The translations under genes and the position numbers were made by a program. Positions 26,621 to 36,733 of a stretch of 64,000 nt of DNA are shown here, one piece after another. Under the pieces are notes generated by a model. That model did no database searches and was not told the DNA's origin. It saw only the letters and a list, made by a program, of their open reading frames with translations. Source of the DNA: an uncultured bacterium (lineage in GTDB: Bacteria > Bacteroidota > Bacteroidia > Bacteroidales > CAIXTV01); NCBI GenBank assembly GCA_903922465.1, contig CAIXTV010000021.1, positions 91 through 64,090 of the forward strand, given 5' to 3'. The stretch's first letter is position 1. Every line of letters starts with the position of its first letter.

Positions 26621-27037
26621 TTATATATCTTTTGGTCTAAATATTTTTCTTTTTATGGAAGTAATTTGAGAAATGCGTATTTTTATTTGCTCTATTTGCA
26701 AATTATTTTCTTCTAAAATCTTTGCATCCCATTTGTGGGGATTTGCCCAAGCTTCACCTTTGTTTTGTAGCCATGTTCCTAAATGTTCATTAGGCAAATA
26801 TTTAATTATTGAAACTCCTGCCTTTCTCCACGCTTCAGCAACGGCTAAGTTTTGGGTTATATGTCGTGAACCGTCTTTGCGTTTCCCAAAAACTCCTTCG
26901 GTTATTGAAACAGCAACACTTACATTCTCAATAATCTCATTTTTTTCTGATTCTGTCAACATAAATGTAGATTGCAACCTTTCAAATAGATCCGCAACAT
27001 CGTTTAGAAGTCCTATGCTTAATTGTCCATCTGCCAT
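26621..27037 (-). CDS. Hypothetical protein
   Basis: 138-aa ORF, first gene of a three-gene minus-strand unit. Confidence 0.45.
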   Translation of the reverse strand: MADGQLSIGLLNDVADLFERLQSTFMLTESEKNEIIENVSVAVSITEGVFGKRKDGSRHITQNLAVAEAWRKAGVSIIKYLPNEHLGTWLQNKGEAWANPHKWDAKILEENNLQIEQIKIRISQITSIKRKIFRPKDI

Positions 27038-27152
27038 AGTTTATTTTTTATCAAATAAGTAAAATGTTTATAGTTGCGATGTCTGTTGTGCAATATAATG
27101 AAGTTGCAGTTAGTTATCAGACTATTGCCACTTTGTGTTATTGCTCAGCTTC

Positions 27153-27911
27153 CTATATTAGTTCTTTATTCGTTAAATACTGTTCAATCTTCTCTAAATC
27201 TGAATGTGTGTTTAAATTCAGCAATATATCATCAAGAAATTTAACTTCAATAAATGTATTGTCTTGTTCAATTAATCTTTTTAATAAATATATCCAACCA
27301 GTATTGAACTTTTCCAAGCTAACAAATTCATTAGTTGTAGTACCTAGATTTTTAGTGAATGAATCTGTTAGTGAATGAATTAATTTCCTATCAAGAATAA
27401 TCATAAACTTCTCATAAACAGTTTGTGTATCGCTAATTTCAATATCAATTAGGCGATTATTTTCATTGATATTCCAAACCCATTTTTTATGCCCTTCCGT
27501 TTTGTATTTTTTCAGAAAGACACAAACATCAGATTTTGAATTTTCAAAATAATCTATTGAATAATTAAAAGTTTTCTCTTCAATATAAAGGTCGGAACTT
27601 AGACATATTACCTTTTCATTTTTGGCTCCTTGTATTGCTTGAATAAATGAATAATACATATTTTCATATTCCAACGATTCAATTAAATTAACTTTAGATG
27701 AAAATGGAACAGTATAGAATTGATCTTTTAAATAAGATATTGTGATATTAATATCGTCGACAAAAGAAATAGAGGACAAGGGTTCAACTAAATAATTAAT
27801 TATTGGCTTACCTGAAATTTTTACAAGTGGCTTTGGAATACTTAATGTAATAGGTCTCAATCTTGTTCCTTCTCCACCAGCTAAAATGATAGCAGAATAA
27901 TGAGAGTTCAT
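27153..27911 (-). CDS. Sugar-phosphate nucleotidyltransferase (NTP_transferase family)
   Basis: N-terminal signature AIILAGGEGTRLRPITLSIPKPLVKISGKPIINY. Confidence 0.8.
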   Translation of the reverse strand: MNSHYSAIILAGGEGTRLRPITLSIPKPLVKISGKPIINYLVEPLSSISFVDDINITISYLKDQFYTVPFSSKVNLIESLEYENMYYSFIQAIQGAKNEKVICLSSDLYIEEKTFNYSIDYFENSKSDVCVFLKKYKTEGHKKWVWNINENNRLIDIEISDTQTVYEKFMIILDRKLIHSLTDSFTKNLGTTTNEFVSLEKFNTGWIYLLKRLIEQDNTFIEVKFLDDILLNLNTHSDLEKIEQYLTNKELI

Positions 27912-28621
27912 AATATTGAAATTGTTTCTGAAAATTCTAATATTTTGACTTGTATTTTATTCAGATTTTCTATTTTATTTTTTAATTCTTCAAACCTTTT
28001 AGAAAAATCATATGGATTAATTCTAATTCTATCTTTTGGACTGTCATAATGCATTGGGATTACAAATTTTGGTTCAATCTGAGAAGTAAAAACAATACTA
28101 TCATCAAGCCCCATCACAACACCTCTATTGCTTATAGGAACGGCCAAAACATTAGTGTTTTTAACTAATTCATGGTCAAAATAACAGCTTTCCATAAATC
28201 TTGTATCACTTGTATGATAGAAAGATGTTCCATCAGTTTGAATAAAGAGTCCAAAGTTTATAACCGACTCACATTTTGCAAAATGGTCTGTTGCGATGAA
28301 ATAAATCTTAAAATCTTTAATTTCTATTTTTTCTCCAACTTTTTGAATTTGATATTTTAATTTTTTTGGTTCTTCACGATTACCAATTTCATGATTAGTT
28401 ATTACGAAAGGGTTCCATAAATTAATAATTTCTTTTTCAGCAACGATGTCGTGATGATCTTCGTGCTTATGAGAAATCACTAATACGTCAATCCTTCCAA
28501 AATCTTTTGGGGTAAAACCATTTTCGTAATTGTACTTTCCAGGATCAATTAGTAACCTGTTCCCTACACTGTTTTCCACTAAGAAAGTTGACTGTGCATA
28601 CTTTGTTATTTTCATATTCAA
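27908..28621 (-). CDS. MBL-fold metallo-hydrolase
   Basis: HxHxDH motif VLVISHKHEDHHD, plus later His/Asp residues (TDHF, HTSDT, PMHYD). Confidence 0.8.
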   Translation of the reverse strand: MNMKITKYAQSTFLVENSVGNRLLIDPGKYNYENGFTPKDFGRIDVLVISHKHEDHHDIVAEKEIINLWNPFVITNHEIGNREEPKKLKYQIQKVGEKIEIKDFKIYFIATDHFAKCESVINFGLFIQTDGTSFYHTSDTRFMESCYFDHELVKNTNVLAVPISNRGVVMGLDDSIVFTSQIEPKFVIPMHYDSPKDRIRINPYDFSKRFEELKNKIENLNKIQVKILEFSETISIL

Positions 28622-29276
28622 TGTTATTTAGAATGTTTATAATTTCTGTTAATTTATTTGTGATAGCTGCGAAAGATAAGTTCGGATTAAGATTGTTTTC
28701 CTTTTCATTTTTGTTAAAGTAAATAATATCTATCCCCATTATTTTAGCACCTAAAACATCGGTTGTTATTTTATCTCCAATAATTATTACTTCATTTTCT
28801 GATAAATTTAGATTTTGTAGAATCTGTTGAAATATCCTTGGATCAGGTTTTAAATATCCAACTTCACACGAAAGTACAATATTATCAACATAACTATGAA
28901 GTTTAAAATTATCAATTATATTATATGATATTTCAGATGAATTTGATAGTATCCCAATTTTATAACCTCTTTTTTTAAGTAATTTTAAAATTTCTTGTGC
29001 CCCATCAATCCAGTAACATTCTTTATAATAATTGTCATATAGTTTATCAAAGAAAATCTTGTCCTTCTCTTCAAATATTATTGAATTAGCTTGACAAATC
29101 ATTTTAATATAATAATACTTGTCCGACTTGTCTTTTGCAAGAGAAGAAAGTCGTATCCATTCATAAACAGAATCGTATGGCAAAGAATAGTACTCTGCAA
29201 TAGCGGTCGTTAAATTCTTGCCTTTTTTGAATATTAGTGTATTCCATAAGTCAAATATGACTGCTTTTTTTTTCAT
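28545..29276 (-). CDS. HAD-superfamily hydrolase (phosphatase-like)
   Basis: Motif I is AVIFDLWNTLI and motif IV is IIIGDKITTDVLGA. The start was chosen at the internal ATG 29276, which forms a TAATG overlap with the upstream stop. Confidence 0.7.
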   Translation of the reverse strand: MKKKAVIFDLWNTLIFKKGKNLTTAIAEYYSLPYDSVYEWIRLSSLAKDKSDKYYYIKMICQANSIIFEEKDKIFFDKLYDNYYKECYWIDGAQEILKLLKKRGYKIGILSNSSEISYNIIDNFKLHSYVDNIVLSCEVGYLKPDPRIFQQILQNLNLSENEVIIIGDKITTDVLGAKIMGIDIIYFNKNEKENNLNPNLSFAAITNKLTEIINILNNIEYENNKVCTVNFLSGKQCREQVTN

Positions 29277-30439
29277 TAATATATTTTTTTCATTAAACGA
29301 AATGCTGCATCTCTGAGCAAAACTTTTGCGTTGCAAATATAATCATCTAATTTGAATGATTCACTGGTCAATGTTTCCACGTAATCTACACCGCCCCGAA
29401 TGATAATATTAGTGCAATTTGTTTTGACTGCTCCAGCAATTAAACCAACTTTTTTATTGAATTTCTTCGAGAATAATGCAAGTGAAATAGGAGCTTTGCC
29501 TTTTAAAGAAGAATTGTCAACAAGTCCCTCTCCTGTAATAATAAAGTCTGCCCATTTAATTTTTTCTTCAATTCCAATGGCAGGAAATATGACTTCAAAA
29601 CTGTAACATAACTTGGCATTACAATAACCATAAAGAGAAGAACCTAATCCACCACCTGCACCAGTCCCAGGTATAAGAGATATGTCTTTACCAGTTTGTT
29701 GCTCTACAATTTTAAGAAATCTATCTCGAACCATTTCAAGTTTTCTAATTTCATCATCATTTGCTCCCTTCTGTTTTGCATAAACTTTTGTATTTGATTC
29801 TTTACCACCAACAATACTACTAAGATTACAGCATACAAGTACCTTGCATTGAGTTTTAAGATATTCAATATATTTTGATTTTGAAAAGTCCAATTCTTCA
29901 ATCTTCAAGAAATCATCAGGTTTGTTAAAAGGGATTTCTTTTTTGTTCTTATCAATAAAGCGAACACCCAAAGCAAATAAAAAACCTAAACCAAAATCGT
30001 TTATTGCAGTATCTCCACAACCAATAAGAATTTGCGTTGGTTTGTAAACTTCAATTGCATCTATAAATTGTAATCCTACGCCAAATGAAGTAGTATGAAT
30101 AGGGTTTTGTTCCTCTTTAGAAAGTTTGGCAAGACCACAAGTTTCAGCAACTTCAATATAAACAGTTTTTTGGTCGGGAGAAACTCCATAGATTGCATCA
30201 ATATTTCTGTTCAGTGGGTCTTTTGCTTTTGCCGAGTGTTTGAAACCTTTAACTGCATCTGCTAAGATTGAAGCAAAACCAGTTCCGCCGTCACAAATTT
30301 CTGTTTTTTGAATTTCTATTGTTTCGCAAGGGCTTACAAACATTGTCTTAAATAATAAGATACCTTGCTCAATTGCTTCATTAATTTCTGAAGCTGTCGC
30401 ACATTCTTTAAAAGAGTTACTTGCTAAAAGAATCTTCAT
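29276..30439 (-). CDS. Glycerate kinase family protein
   Basis: MKILLASNSFKECATASEINEAIEQGI matches the GlxK/GarK N-terminus (MKIviApDSFKeSlsA.ev..aI..G). C-terminal ITGEGLVDNSSLKGKAP resembles ITGEG.lD.Qt..GK.P. The start was chosen at the internal ATG 30439. Confidence 0.75.
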   Translation of the reverse strand: MKILLASNSFKECATASEINEAIEQGILLFKTMFVSPCETIEIQKTEICDGGTGFASILADAVKGFKHSAKAKDPLNRNIDAIYGVSPDQKTVYIEVAETCGLAKLSKEEQNPIHTTSFGVGLQFIDAIEVYKPTQILIGCGDTAINDFGLGFLFALGVRFIDKNKKEIPFNKPDDFLKIEELDFSKSKYIEYLKTQCKVLVCCNLSSIVGGKESNTKVYAKQKGANDDEIRKLEMVRDRFLKIVEQQTGKDISLIPGTGAGGGLGSSLYGYCNAKLCYSFEVIFPAIGIEEKIKWADFIITGEGLVDNSSLKGKAPISLALFSKKFNKKVGLIAGAVKTNCTNIIIRGGVDYVETLTSESFKLDDYICNAKVLLRDAAFRLMKKIY

Positions 30440-30489
30440 CTTTTTTTCACTTGTCGTTTCATGTTTGAACTGTACTTTTAAAATTGCTG

Positions 30490-32328
30490 TTAACTCCAAA
30501 TATGTGTCATCATGTCATAAAGAAGTTTGTGACGTTCTTCTAGTTCTACCTGGCCAAACTCATTCATTGGTCTGAAGTTCAGTTTGTATTCATTAATCAT
30601 TTCAGTAAAGTCTAATTTTGATTTATAGCTGTCTTCTCTTAACGTTTCATTCCAATAAAGAGTATTAGCGTATGACTTTAATTTTTTCTTGTAAGTTTCA
30701 TTGTTACTTGAAATATTGTCCCTCCCTTTCAATAATAATAGGCCACCAAGCCGATTTCGTTCACTTTTAAATTTATCTTCATCGCCACCAAATATTTGAA
30801 GATTGTCATCATTGTCAGCAAGTATATGTTCAATATGGAATCCATTTACTGAACCAGTATTTTGCACTAGATCATAAAGTGAATGTTTTACATTTAGTTT
30901 AGTATTATCAGCAATAAACTTTTCAATTCTTGCAAAAAAGTAACGTTTAAAACGTTTGTCTAATTCAATTCCAGTTTCTTTAAAGAAACCATATGATAGT
31001 GGTAGTATTGCCGGAACTCCTCTTGCTTCAGTAAGTAATTCAAGTAATGTATTGTCAAAAGCAGGTCTTATTGCAGAAATGTCCTTGCCCCTAATGGACG
31101 CGCTAAGTTTGTAAATTGCAACAGTAAATGCATTACTTCCATAACTCCTTTGAAGTTGTAGTAAACAAAACAATCTATCCACCTCATAAGCAATTGTTTT
31201 TATTTTATCGTTTTCCTGTGGATCATTAAGTACACAAGAGGAAAGCATAAGAAGAAATTGCATATTCATTTCAGTTAAATTGTTGAAATAAACATGAGAA
31301 AAACCGTTGTTTAGTGAATCATCGTTGTAATATCCAAGTATTTTAGAATATAGATTAGTAAAATATTTGAAATCGTTTTGAAGAAATCGTTTTACCTCCT
31401 GTGGGTTGTGATCAAGATTTAATTTGTTTTCTGAAAATATTGCTCGGTGATAATCCTTATCATATCGTCTACCTTCTCCTATTGTGTCAGAAAATTTTGC
31501 TTTCAAAAAGTAAATAAAAAATTTGTCAATTTCGTCTTCATCATATGAGTTAATTGATGATACTTGTTTCTCCCAAAGTTCATTTAGTTTGAGTCCCTCT
31601 AATTCTTCTTTGGATATTTGTCCTAAAAGTTTTCCTTTTAATATTTCGTATGGTTTTAGTTTTACGCCTCTATCGTTTATCACTTCAAAAACCATTGGAA
31701 CGTCAGTCTGTTCAACGTTTAAATTAATTAAAACAAGTCTATGCATGAAGTAAAAAATAAAACTCTCCAACCTGTGCAAATCTGCGAGTTCATTTTCAAG
31801 TCTAGAAGAAACTACAACATAATTACTAACCAAATTCTCAGCAGTAAGTCCTGTGTTTGTTTCTATTTGGTCTATTGGTATACCATCGAATAAACCTTGC
31901 ATAGATGCTTTATGAACTTCATGATTCATCCAAAAATCAGTCTTGTAGCCCGATAGTCCGACTATTTTTTGTGAAATCCATCCTTCAAGTTGACAATTGA
32001 AATGATTTGCAAGGTGTTTAAGTTTTATTAGAATAAGTGTCAGAGTCGTCAATCGTTGTTGTCCATCAACTACATACAATTTACCATCTACAAAGTTTGT
32101 AACATATGTATTAAGGTAATACCATGAATACTTACTGATTACTTGATCTAATGGCAATCCCAAGTCTTTATACTTCTTAAATTCCTCATTAAATTTGTAA
32201 AACACATCATCAAGCAATCGCTTAACAGGTTCGTCTGTCCATTTATATTGTCTTTGGTAAAAATCAATATAGTAAGTTGTATTAGAGAATAGTTTGTCAA
32301 TGTTTTGTTTGTCTGGCTGAACATCCAT
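30490..32328 (-). CDS. GmrSD-family type IV (modification-dependent) restriction enzyme: DUF262 plus DUF1524
   Basis: The N-terminal DUF262 has FYQRQYKWTDEPVKRLLDD and DGQQRLTTLTLIL. The C-terminal His-Me finger has HIEHILA...RNRLGGLLLLKGRDNISSNN. Confidence 0.85.
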   Translation of the reverse strand: MDVQPDKQNIDKLFSNTTYYIDFYQRQYKWTDEPVKRLLDDVFYKFNEEFKKYKDLGLPLDQVISKYSWYYLNTYVTNFVDGKLYVVDGQQRLTTLTLILIKLKHLANHFNCQLEGWISQKIVGLSGYKTDFWMNHEVHKASMQGLFDGIPIDQIETNTGLTAENLVSNYVVVSSRLENELADLHRLESFIFYFMHRLVLINLNVEQTDVPMVFEVINDRGVKLKPYEILKGKLLGQISKEELEGLKLNELWEKQVSSINSYDEDEIDKFFIYFLKAKFSDTIGEGRRYDKDYHRAIFSENKLNLDHNPQEVKRFLQNDFKYFTNLYSKILGYYNDDSLNNGFSHVYFNNLTEMNMQFLLMLSSCVLNDPQENDKIKTIAYEVDRLFCLLQLQRSYGSNAFTVAIYKLSASIRGKDISAIRPAFDNTLLELLTEARGVPAILPLSYGFFKETGIELDKRFKRYFFARIEKFIADNTKLNVKHSLYDLVQNTGSVNGFHIEHILADNDDNLQIFGGDEDKFKSERNRLGGLLLLKGRDNISSNNETYKKKLKSYANTLYWNETLREDSYKSKLDFTEMINEYKLNFRPMNEFGQVELEERHKLLYDMMTHIWS

Positions 32329-32432
32329 AGTGTTTTTTTTAATAGTTTATGTTATTTAATTACCTCAATTATTAACCTTTCGAAATTCAGTGTATTATCC
32401 TTGGATTTGTTTTCTTTTATTTGAATAATTCT

Positions 32433-34466
32433 TTAATCGTAATTTAGCCAATCTTTTTGAATTAATGCATTGTAATCATCCTCATTAATATCTCCTCTCC
32501 ATTCTTCGACTAAATGTATATTTGGAATTCCTTTCCAAGTTTCTTTCGGAGCATGTTCTAATATTATAATTTGTGTTTGAAAATTTGTTTTCTCCATAAA
32601 ATAAGAACAAGTTTTAAAAATTTGAGTTGTATTTTTAATATCTTCAGAGATTTTTTCCTTCTTTTCAGGATTGGTGGTATAATCCTCATTAAAATTTTCA
32701 GGAAAATATACCTGGCTTGGCTGATCTAATACTAAAAAAGATGAAATGTAATTTTTCTTACCCTCTTCCGGTAATTTTAAAAAATATTCATGTAATCCTA
32801 ATAAAGTGGCCAGATGGTAACACATATGATTTGCCCCGCTACCTAATTTTGATAAAAAAGTAATGTTATGTGATTTTGTATCTTCTATCTTTATCCCAAC
32901 ACTATTTTCTGGATCCAGTTTTACTTTTCTATATTCTTTTTGCTCAATAGGTAGTAATTTTATATAATTAGATATGGTATTTGTAACCTTAGTAAGCGAA
33001 GATTCTTTATCAAATTTTTCTTTTAGTTTTTTTAAACTATTTCGTTTTCTTATAAGATTTGCTAGTAATTCTTCTAGTTTTATCAGTAAATCGCTTGTTG
33101 GTGATATTTTATCAAGGTTTTCCAATACATGTTCTATTTTTCCAACAAATTCAAAGATACCTTGATACTTTTTATAATAATCTTTATTTTCTGATATTAA
33201 AATATTCATATTAGAATCTAAAATTGCTATGCTTTTTTCAATTTCAACTATTTTATTTTTCAGATTATACTTTTCTTTCTCAAAACTAAATTCACTTGAT
33301 ATTGATTCTTCAATAATAAACAGATTTTTATCTTTTTCAATTTTAAGGGATAAGAGCTCATTAATTGCTTTATCGGACTTTGAATCGCAAAAGGGACATA
33401 CATCAATACCATTTTGTTCTAAAAACCAATCTATTGGCTTTAATCTATTATCAAGTTCTTTTACTACTGAAGATATATATATATCCTTTGATCTATCAAA
33501 TTGTTCAATCTTAGATAAATCAATTTTTAATTCATCTAATTCTCTTGATTTCAATACTCTTTGTTTGTCTAAATCCTCTATTTTCTCGGAAAACCTGAGA
33601 GATGAACCTTCTTTAAAAAATATATTATTTTTAACATTTACCACTATTTTACTTAATTCATTTTTAATTTGATTTACTTTTGCTGTTTCAATATTAATAT
33701 CTGAATTTGTTAATCCTAAACTTATTGCCTTTGAATAATATTCATAAATATCAGATTGCCAATTCTCATATAATGATTTTAAATCTTCATATTTTTTTCT
33801 TTTTTCTTTTTCTTCTTTTTCTAAGTTATCAATTTCTTTTTCAAGTTTTAATATTTCATACGATTTATAGCCTAAAACTAATGGAAATAATGTTTTAAGT
33901 CTTTTTAAATGTTCAAATGTATCTGTGTTATAAAATATTGTTGTTGGATTTGCAATTATATTTTGAGGTTGAAATTGAAACGCAGTTGTGTCACGAAAAC
34001 TTGCAGGTGCGTCAAATCCACTTTTTGATTCTTCGTTCTCAGAAACATTTTCAAATCCTGCAATCTCTCCAATGAATTGTTTTAATACATCTCTATTTAC
34101 TTTGAAATCATCAGCATTATTAATCCATGAATCGAAACTAAATACCATGTTGGCTTTGTCCTCATAAATATTGTAATATATATTAGTTCTGCTTAAACCT
34201 TCTGGATTATCTCTTGCAATGAAAACGTTTAAATCATTTAGAACTATGTCAATGGCGAATTTGTCTACATTCTCTCTTATTTTCCCTATTGGGATATGAC
34301 AATCACTACTTCCTAAACAATAGTCAATAATGGATATTATTGCTGACTTTCCCCGCTGACTATATCCAGTAATAACATTTACTTTTTCAGTATCAAATCG
34401 TATAACCCTGGGTTTTAATTCTTTATTGTAAGGATAAAGAATGATATTTTTTATCTTAAGTTTCAT
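32433..34466 (-). CDS. ABC-three-component system ATPase (DUF3732, SMC-like ABC ATPase with coiled coil)
   Basis: Walker A is [20 protein letters not shown]. There is a long K/E-rich coiled-coil middle. Walker B is [14 protein letters not shown]. Confidence 0.75.
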   Translation of the reverse strand: MKLKIKNIILYPYNKELKPRVIRFDTEKVNVITGYSQRGKSAIISIIDYCLGSSDCHIPIGKIRENVDKFAIDIVLNDLNVFIARDNPEGLSRTNIYYNIYEDKANMVFSFDSWINNADDFKVNRDVLKQFIGEIAGFENVSENEESKSGFDAPASFRDTTAFQFQPQNIIANPTTIFYNTDTFEHLKRLKTLFPLVLGYKSYEILKLEKEIDNLEKEEKEKRKKYEDLKSLYENWQSDIYEYYSKAISLGLTNSDINIETAKVNQIKNELSKIVVNVKNNIFFKEGSSLRFSEKIEDLDKQRVLKSRELDELKIDLSKIEQFDRSKDIYISSVVKELDNRLKPIDWFLEQNGIDVCPFCDSKSDKAINELLSLKIEKDKNLFIIEESISSEFSFEKEKYNLKNKIVEIEKSIAILDSNMNILISENKDYYKKYQGIFEFVGKIEHVLENLDKISPTSDLLIKLEELLANLIRKRNSLKKLKEKFDKESSLTKVTNTISNYIKLLPIEQKEYRKVKLDPENSVGIKIEDTKSHNITFLSKLGSGANHMCYHLATLLGLHEYFLKLPEEGKKNYISSFLVLDQPSQVYFPENFNEDYTTNPEKKEKISEDIKNTTQIFKTCSYFMEKTNFQTQIIILEHAPKETWKGIPNIHLVEEWRGDINEDDYNALIQKDWLNYD

Positions 34467-34976
34467 TTAGAACCTGATATTTAATTCAAATTGAATTTTA
34501 TTTTTATTTCTTTTTGCGAATATAGATCCAAGTTTAAAAGCTGAATCTTGAATATTCTTAACACTATTATTAGAGTTATTCATTGAAAGAAGCAAAACTA
34601 TTTTCTTTGTGTTAAATCCTTTTAAAAGTTCAATTGTTTTGTCAATATTGTTATAACCTAATATTTTTTTACTAAAAGCTAGATTCAAACCATCAAATGT
34701 TTGTTTAGTCATTTTATTTGCCCTATCTTGTAGCCCTAAAATTACAGAGCTTTCTTTTAACAAGACAGAATACAACTCATTAGAGCCCTTAAACGTTTCC
34801 ATGGACTTTTGATTGTACACAATTGGTAATATATAAAACATATACTCAAGACGTGGGAATGGTAATGTGTTTTCTCTGTGTTTAGCAACATTATAATATC
34901 CAAGAGTAAAACTGTGCAATGCTATAGTACTTATAGCCGAATTTTGCATTAATTCAAATAAACTATTTTGATTCAT
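34467..34976 (-). CDS. ABC-three-component system middle component
   Basis: A ~170-aa ORF wedged between the nuclease-domain gene and the DUF3732 ATPase with overlapping or abutting boundaries. The assignment is positional. Confidence 0.55.
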   Translation of the reverse strand: MNQNSLFELMQNSAISTIALHSFTLGYYNVAKHRENTLPFPRLEYMFYILPIVYNQKSMETFKGSNELYSVLLKESSVILGLQDRANKMTKQTFDGLNLAFSKKILGYNNIDKTIELLKGFNTKKIVLLLSMNNSNNSVKNIQDSAFKLGSIFAKRNKNKIQFELNIRF

Positions 34977-36204
34977 ATGTCTCTTTATATTTTTCTTCCC
35001 ATTCTGGATGCCAACCAACAGTAGGTATGTTTGATAGTTTTAAAAAACTTCCATTTCTAACATATTTATTATTTGGATTAAAGCAATAACCAGTTTTGAA
35101 TTTTATTTCGATTCTATTCATTATTGTATCATATATTTTTATAGCTAAAGAGTTTTTTTCTTCATCAGAATATTCGTCTATTTCTTTTGTGATTTGCTCA
35201 TCATAACATAACTGCCAAGCTTCTTGACATTGTTGTAAAAATTCGTCAAAATCAGTTTCTGTGAAATCACCCTTCGTGATAATGTAAGACAATTCTATGT
35301 CTGAATAAATAAAATCTAATATAGCTGCTTTTATTATTCTTTCTTTTGCATCTTTCTTTCTATTTATATCTTCAATTTGTCTTACAAATAAGTCTTTTCT
35401 TTTATTTAGTATTTCATTCTCGGTAATTACACCTAATGATTCTTTTGTACGAAAGACTGCATTTATTATTGAAGGATTATTAAAAACTTGAAAATGTTTT
35501 TCGTTGAAATTGTTTTTAGTAATTCTAGCTTCATAACCATTTTTCCATTTAGAATTACTATTATCTGTAATCCAACCATAGAATGAATGGAAAATAGAAT
35601 CTTTTTGAGTATCTGAATATGATTTAGTGCTTAAATGCAACTTATTAAAGAATTTTTCTTTTACATTTTCATTATCCTCAATAACAATGTTCTTTTTGAT
35701 AATTTCAAAATACGTCATCTTGGAAATCGCAAATTCAATTAGCTCAATTGTTTTTTTTATACTATTCCCTTTAGATTTATCAAGTCTGTCTTTAGTTAAT
35801 TTTTCTTTTTGATTTTTCAATAAAGTTTGTATCTCTATCATCAAATCATCAATAGGAAGGTCTTTTATTTTATGTAATAAAGAAGTTTTGGGTATTATCT
35901 TATTAGTGGAACAAATAAACATTGTACCATTATTAAATATTTTTTTTTCAAGTTTATCAATCCAGATTTGTATAGTTCGCCATAATGCAGTGCTTGTATC
36001 CTCAAAAGTAGTTCCACTGTTGCAAATACTATTTTTAGCCTGAGCTGTAATTAATACAGTGCCATTTTCTTTATGTGTCGCAATATCGTCAACATCTTCA
36101 ATAGAAATGTAGTCATCATCTTTTTCTAAATCAGATAACATCAATAATGCTTTTTCAAATTGAAATAAATATCCTGCTAAAGGACCTTTGGCGGAGTCTT
36201 TCAT
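34963..36204 (-). CDS. ABC-three-component system effector with N-terminal DUF4297 (Cap4-like PD-(D/E)xK dsDNA nuclease) domain
   Basis: GPLAGYLFQFEKALLML...ISIEDVDDIA...ITAQAKNS matches the DUF4297 pattern G..GF.YQ ... E..eDv ... QvK. Confidence 0.65.
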   Translation of the reverse strand: MKDSAKGPLAGYLFQFEKALLMLSDLEKDDDYISIEDVDDIATHKENGTVLITAQAKNSICNSGTTFEDTSTALWRTIQIWIDKLEKKIFNNGTMFICSTNKIIPKTSLLHKIKDLPIDDLMIEIQTLLKNQKEKLTKDRLDKSKGNSIKKTIELIEFAISKMTYFEIIKKNIVIEDNENVKEKFFNKLHLSTKSYSDTQKDSIFHSFYGWITDNSNSKWKNGYEARITKNNFNEKHFQVFNNPSIINAVFRTKESLGVITENEILNKRKDLFVRQIEDINRKKDAKERIIKAAILDFIYSDIELSYIITKGDFTETDFDEFLQQCQEAWQLCYDEQITKEIDEYSDEEKNSLAIKIYDTIMNRIEIKFKTGYCFNPNNKYVRNGSFLKLSNIPTVGWHPEWEEKYKETYESK

Positions 36205-36579
36205 CTGTTTTTTTATTATTTGATTCTTATTTCGATATTAAAAGCTATTTGCATTTTTTTTTGGTTAATTTATTATGGACTTCCATTTTTTGTATTCTAC
36301 GTCATTTGTGATTTTATTTTTCTTCCATTTATAATTGGCGCTAAAAGTAGTGAATTTTTCAATATTCTAAATTGAACCTGATTTTATTTTTGAAAAAATC
36401 CAATAAAAGTCTATCTGATGTGAAATTACATTTTTCTCTTTCATTTATTGGTATTTACACTCACTATAATATAAAATCTTGAATAATGATAACCGTAAAT
36501 CCAAGTTGCTGCTGTATTTTAGTTTTTACTTAACAAAGTTTACTAATTATCTGACTAAAGCTGGAAATAGCAGCAACAG

Positions 36580-36647
36580 CAAGATTGCAAGTGGACAGTC
36601 AACAATGACTTGTCCACTTGCAATCTTGTCGGGGGTAAATCCCCCGA
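36580..36647. repeat. Two adjacent perfect hairpins/palindromes in the qatD to ABC-3C intergenic region
   Basis: caagattgcaagtggaca (36580-36597) pairs with tgtccacttgcaatcttg (36611-36628), an 18-bp stem. This is followed by tcggggg-taaat-cccccga (36629-36647). Confidence 0.7.
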
Positions 36648-36733
36648 ACCCCCTAAATAAATAATTAGCATAAAAATTAGCGGATTTATTTGTTGATTAT
36701 TTTATTGTGCTTTAAAATAATCTCATGTGAATA

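Noticed and set aside
26673-27378. Plus-strand ORFs 26673-27062 and 27064-27378
   Set aside because: They are antisense to 26621-27037 and to the nucleotidyltransferase gene. They are Ser/Phe/Cys-rich low-complexity translations.
36479-36664. ORF 36479-36664 (+), 61 aa
   Set aside because: It reads straight through the 18-bp palindrome and the G/C hairpin. It is more likely structural or noncoding DNA.
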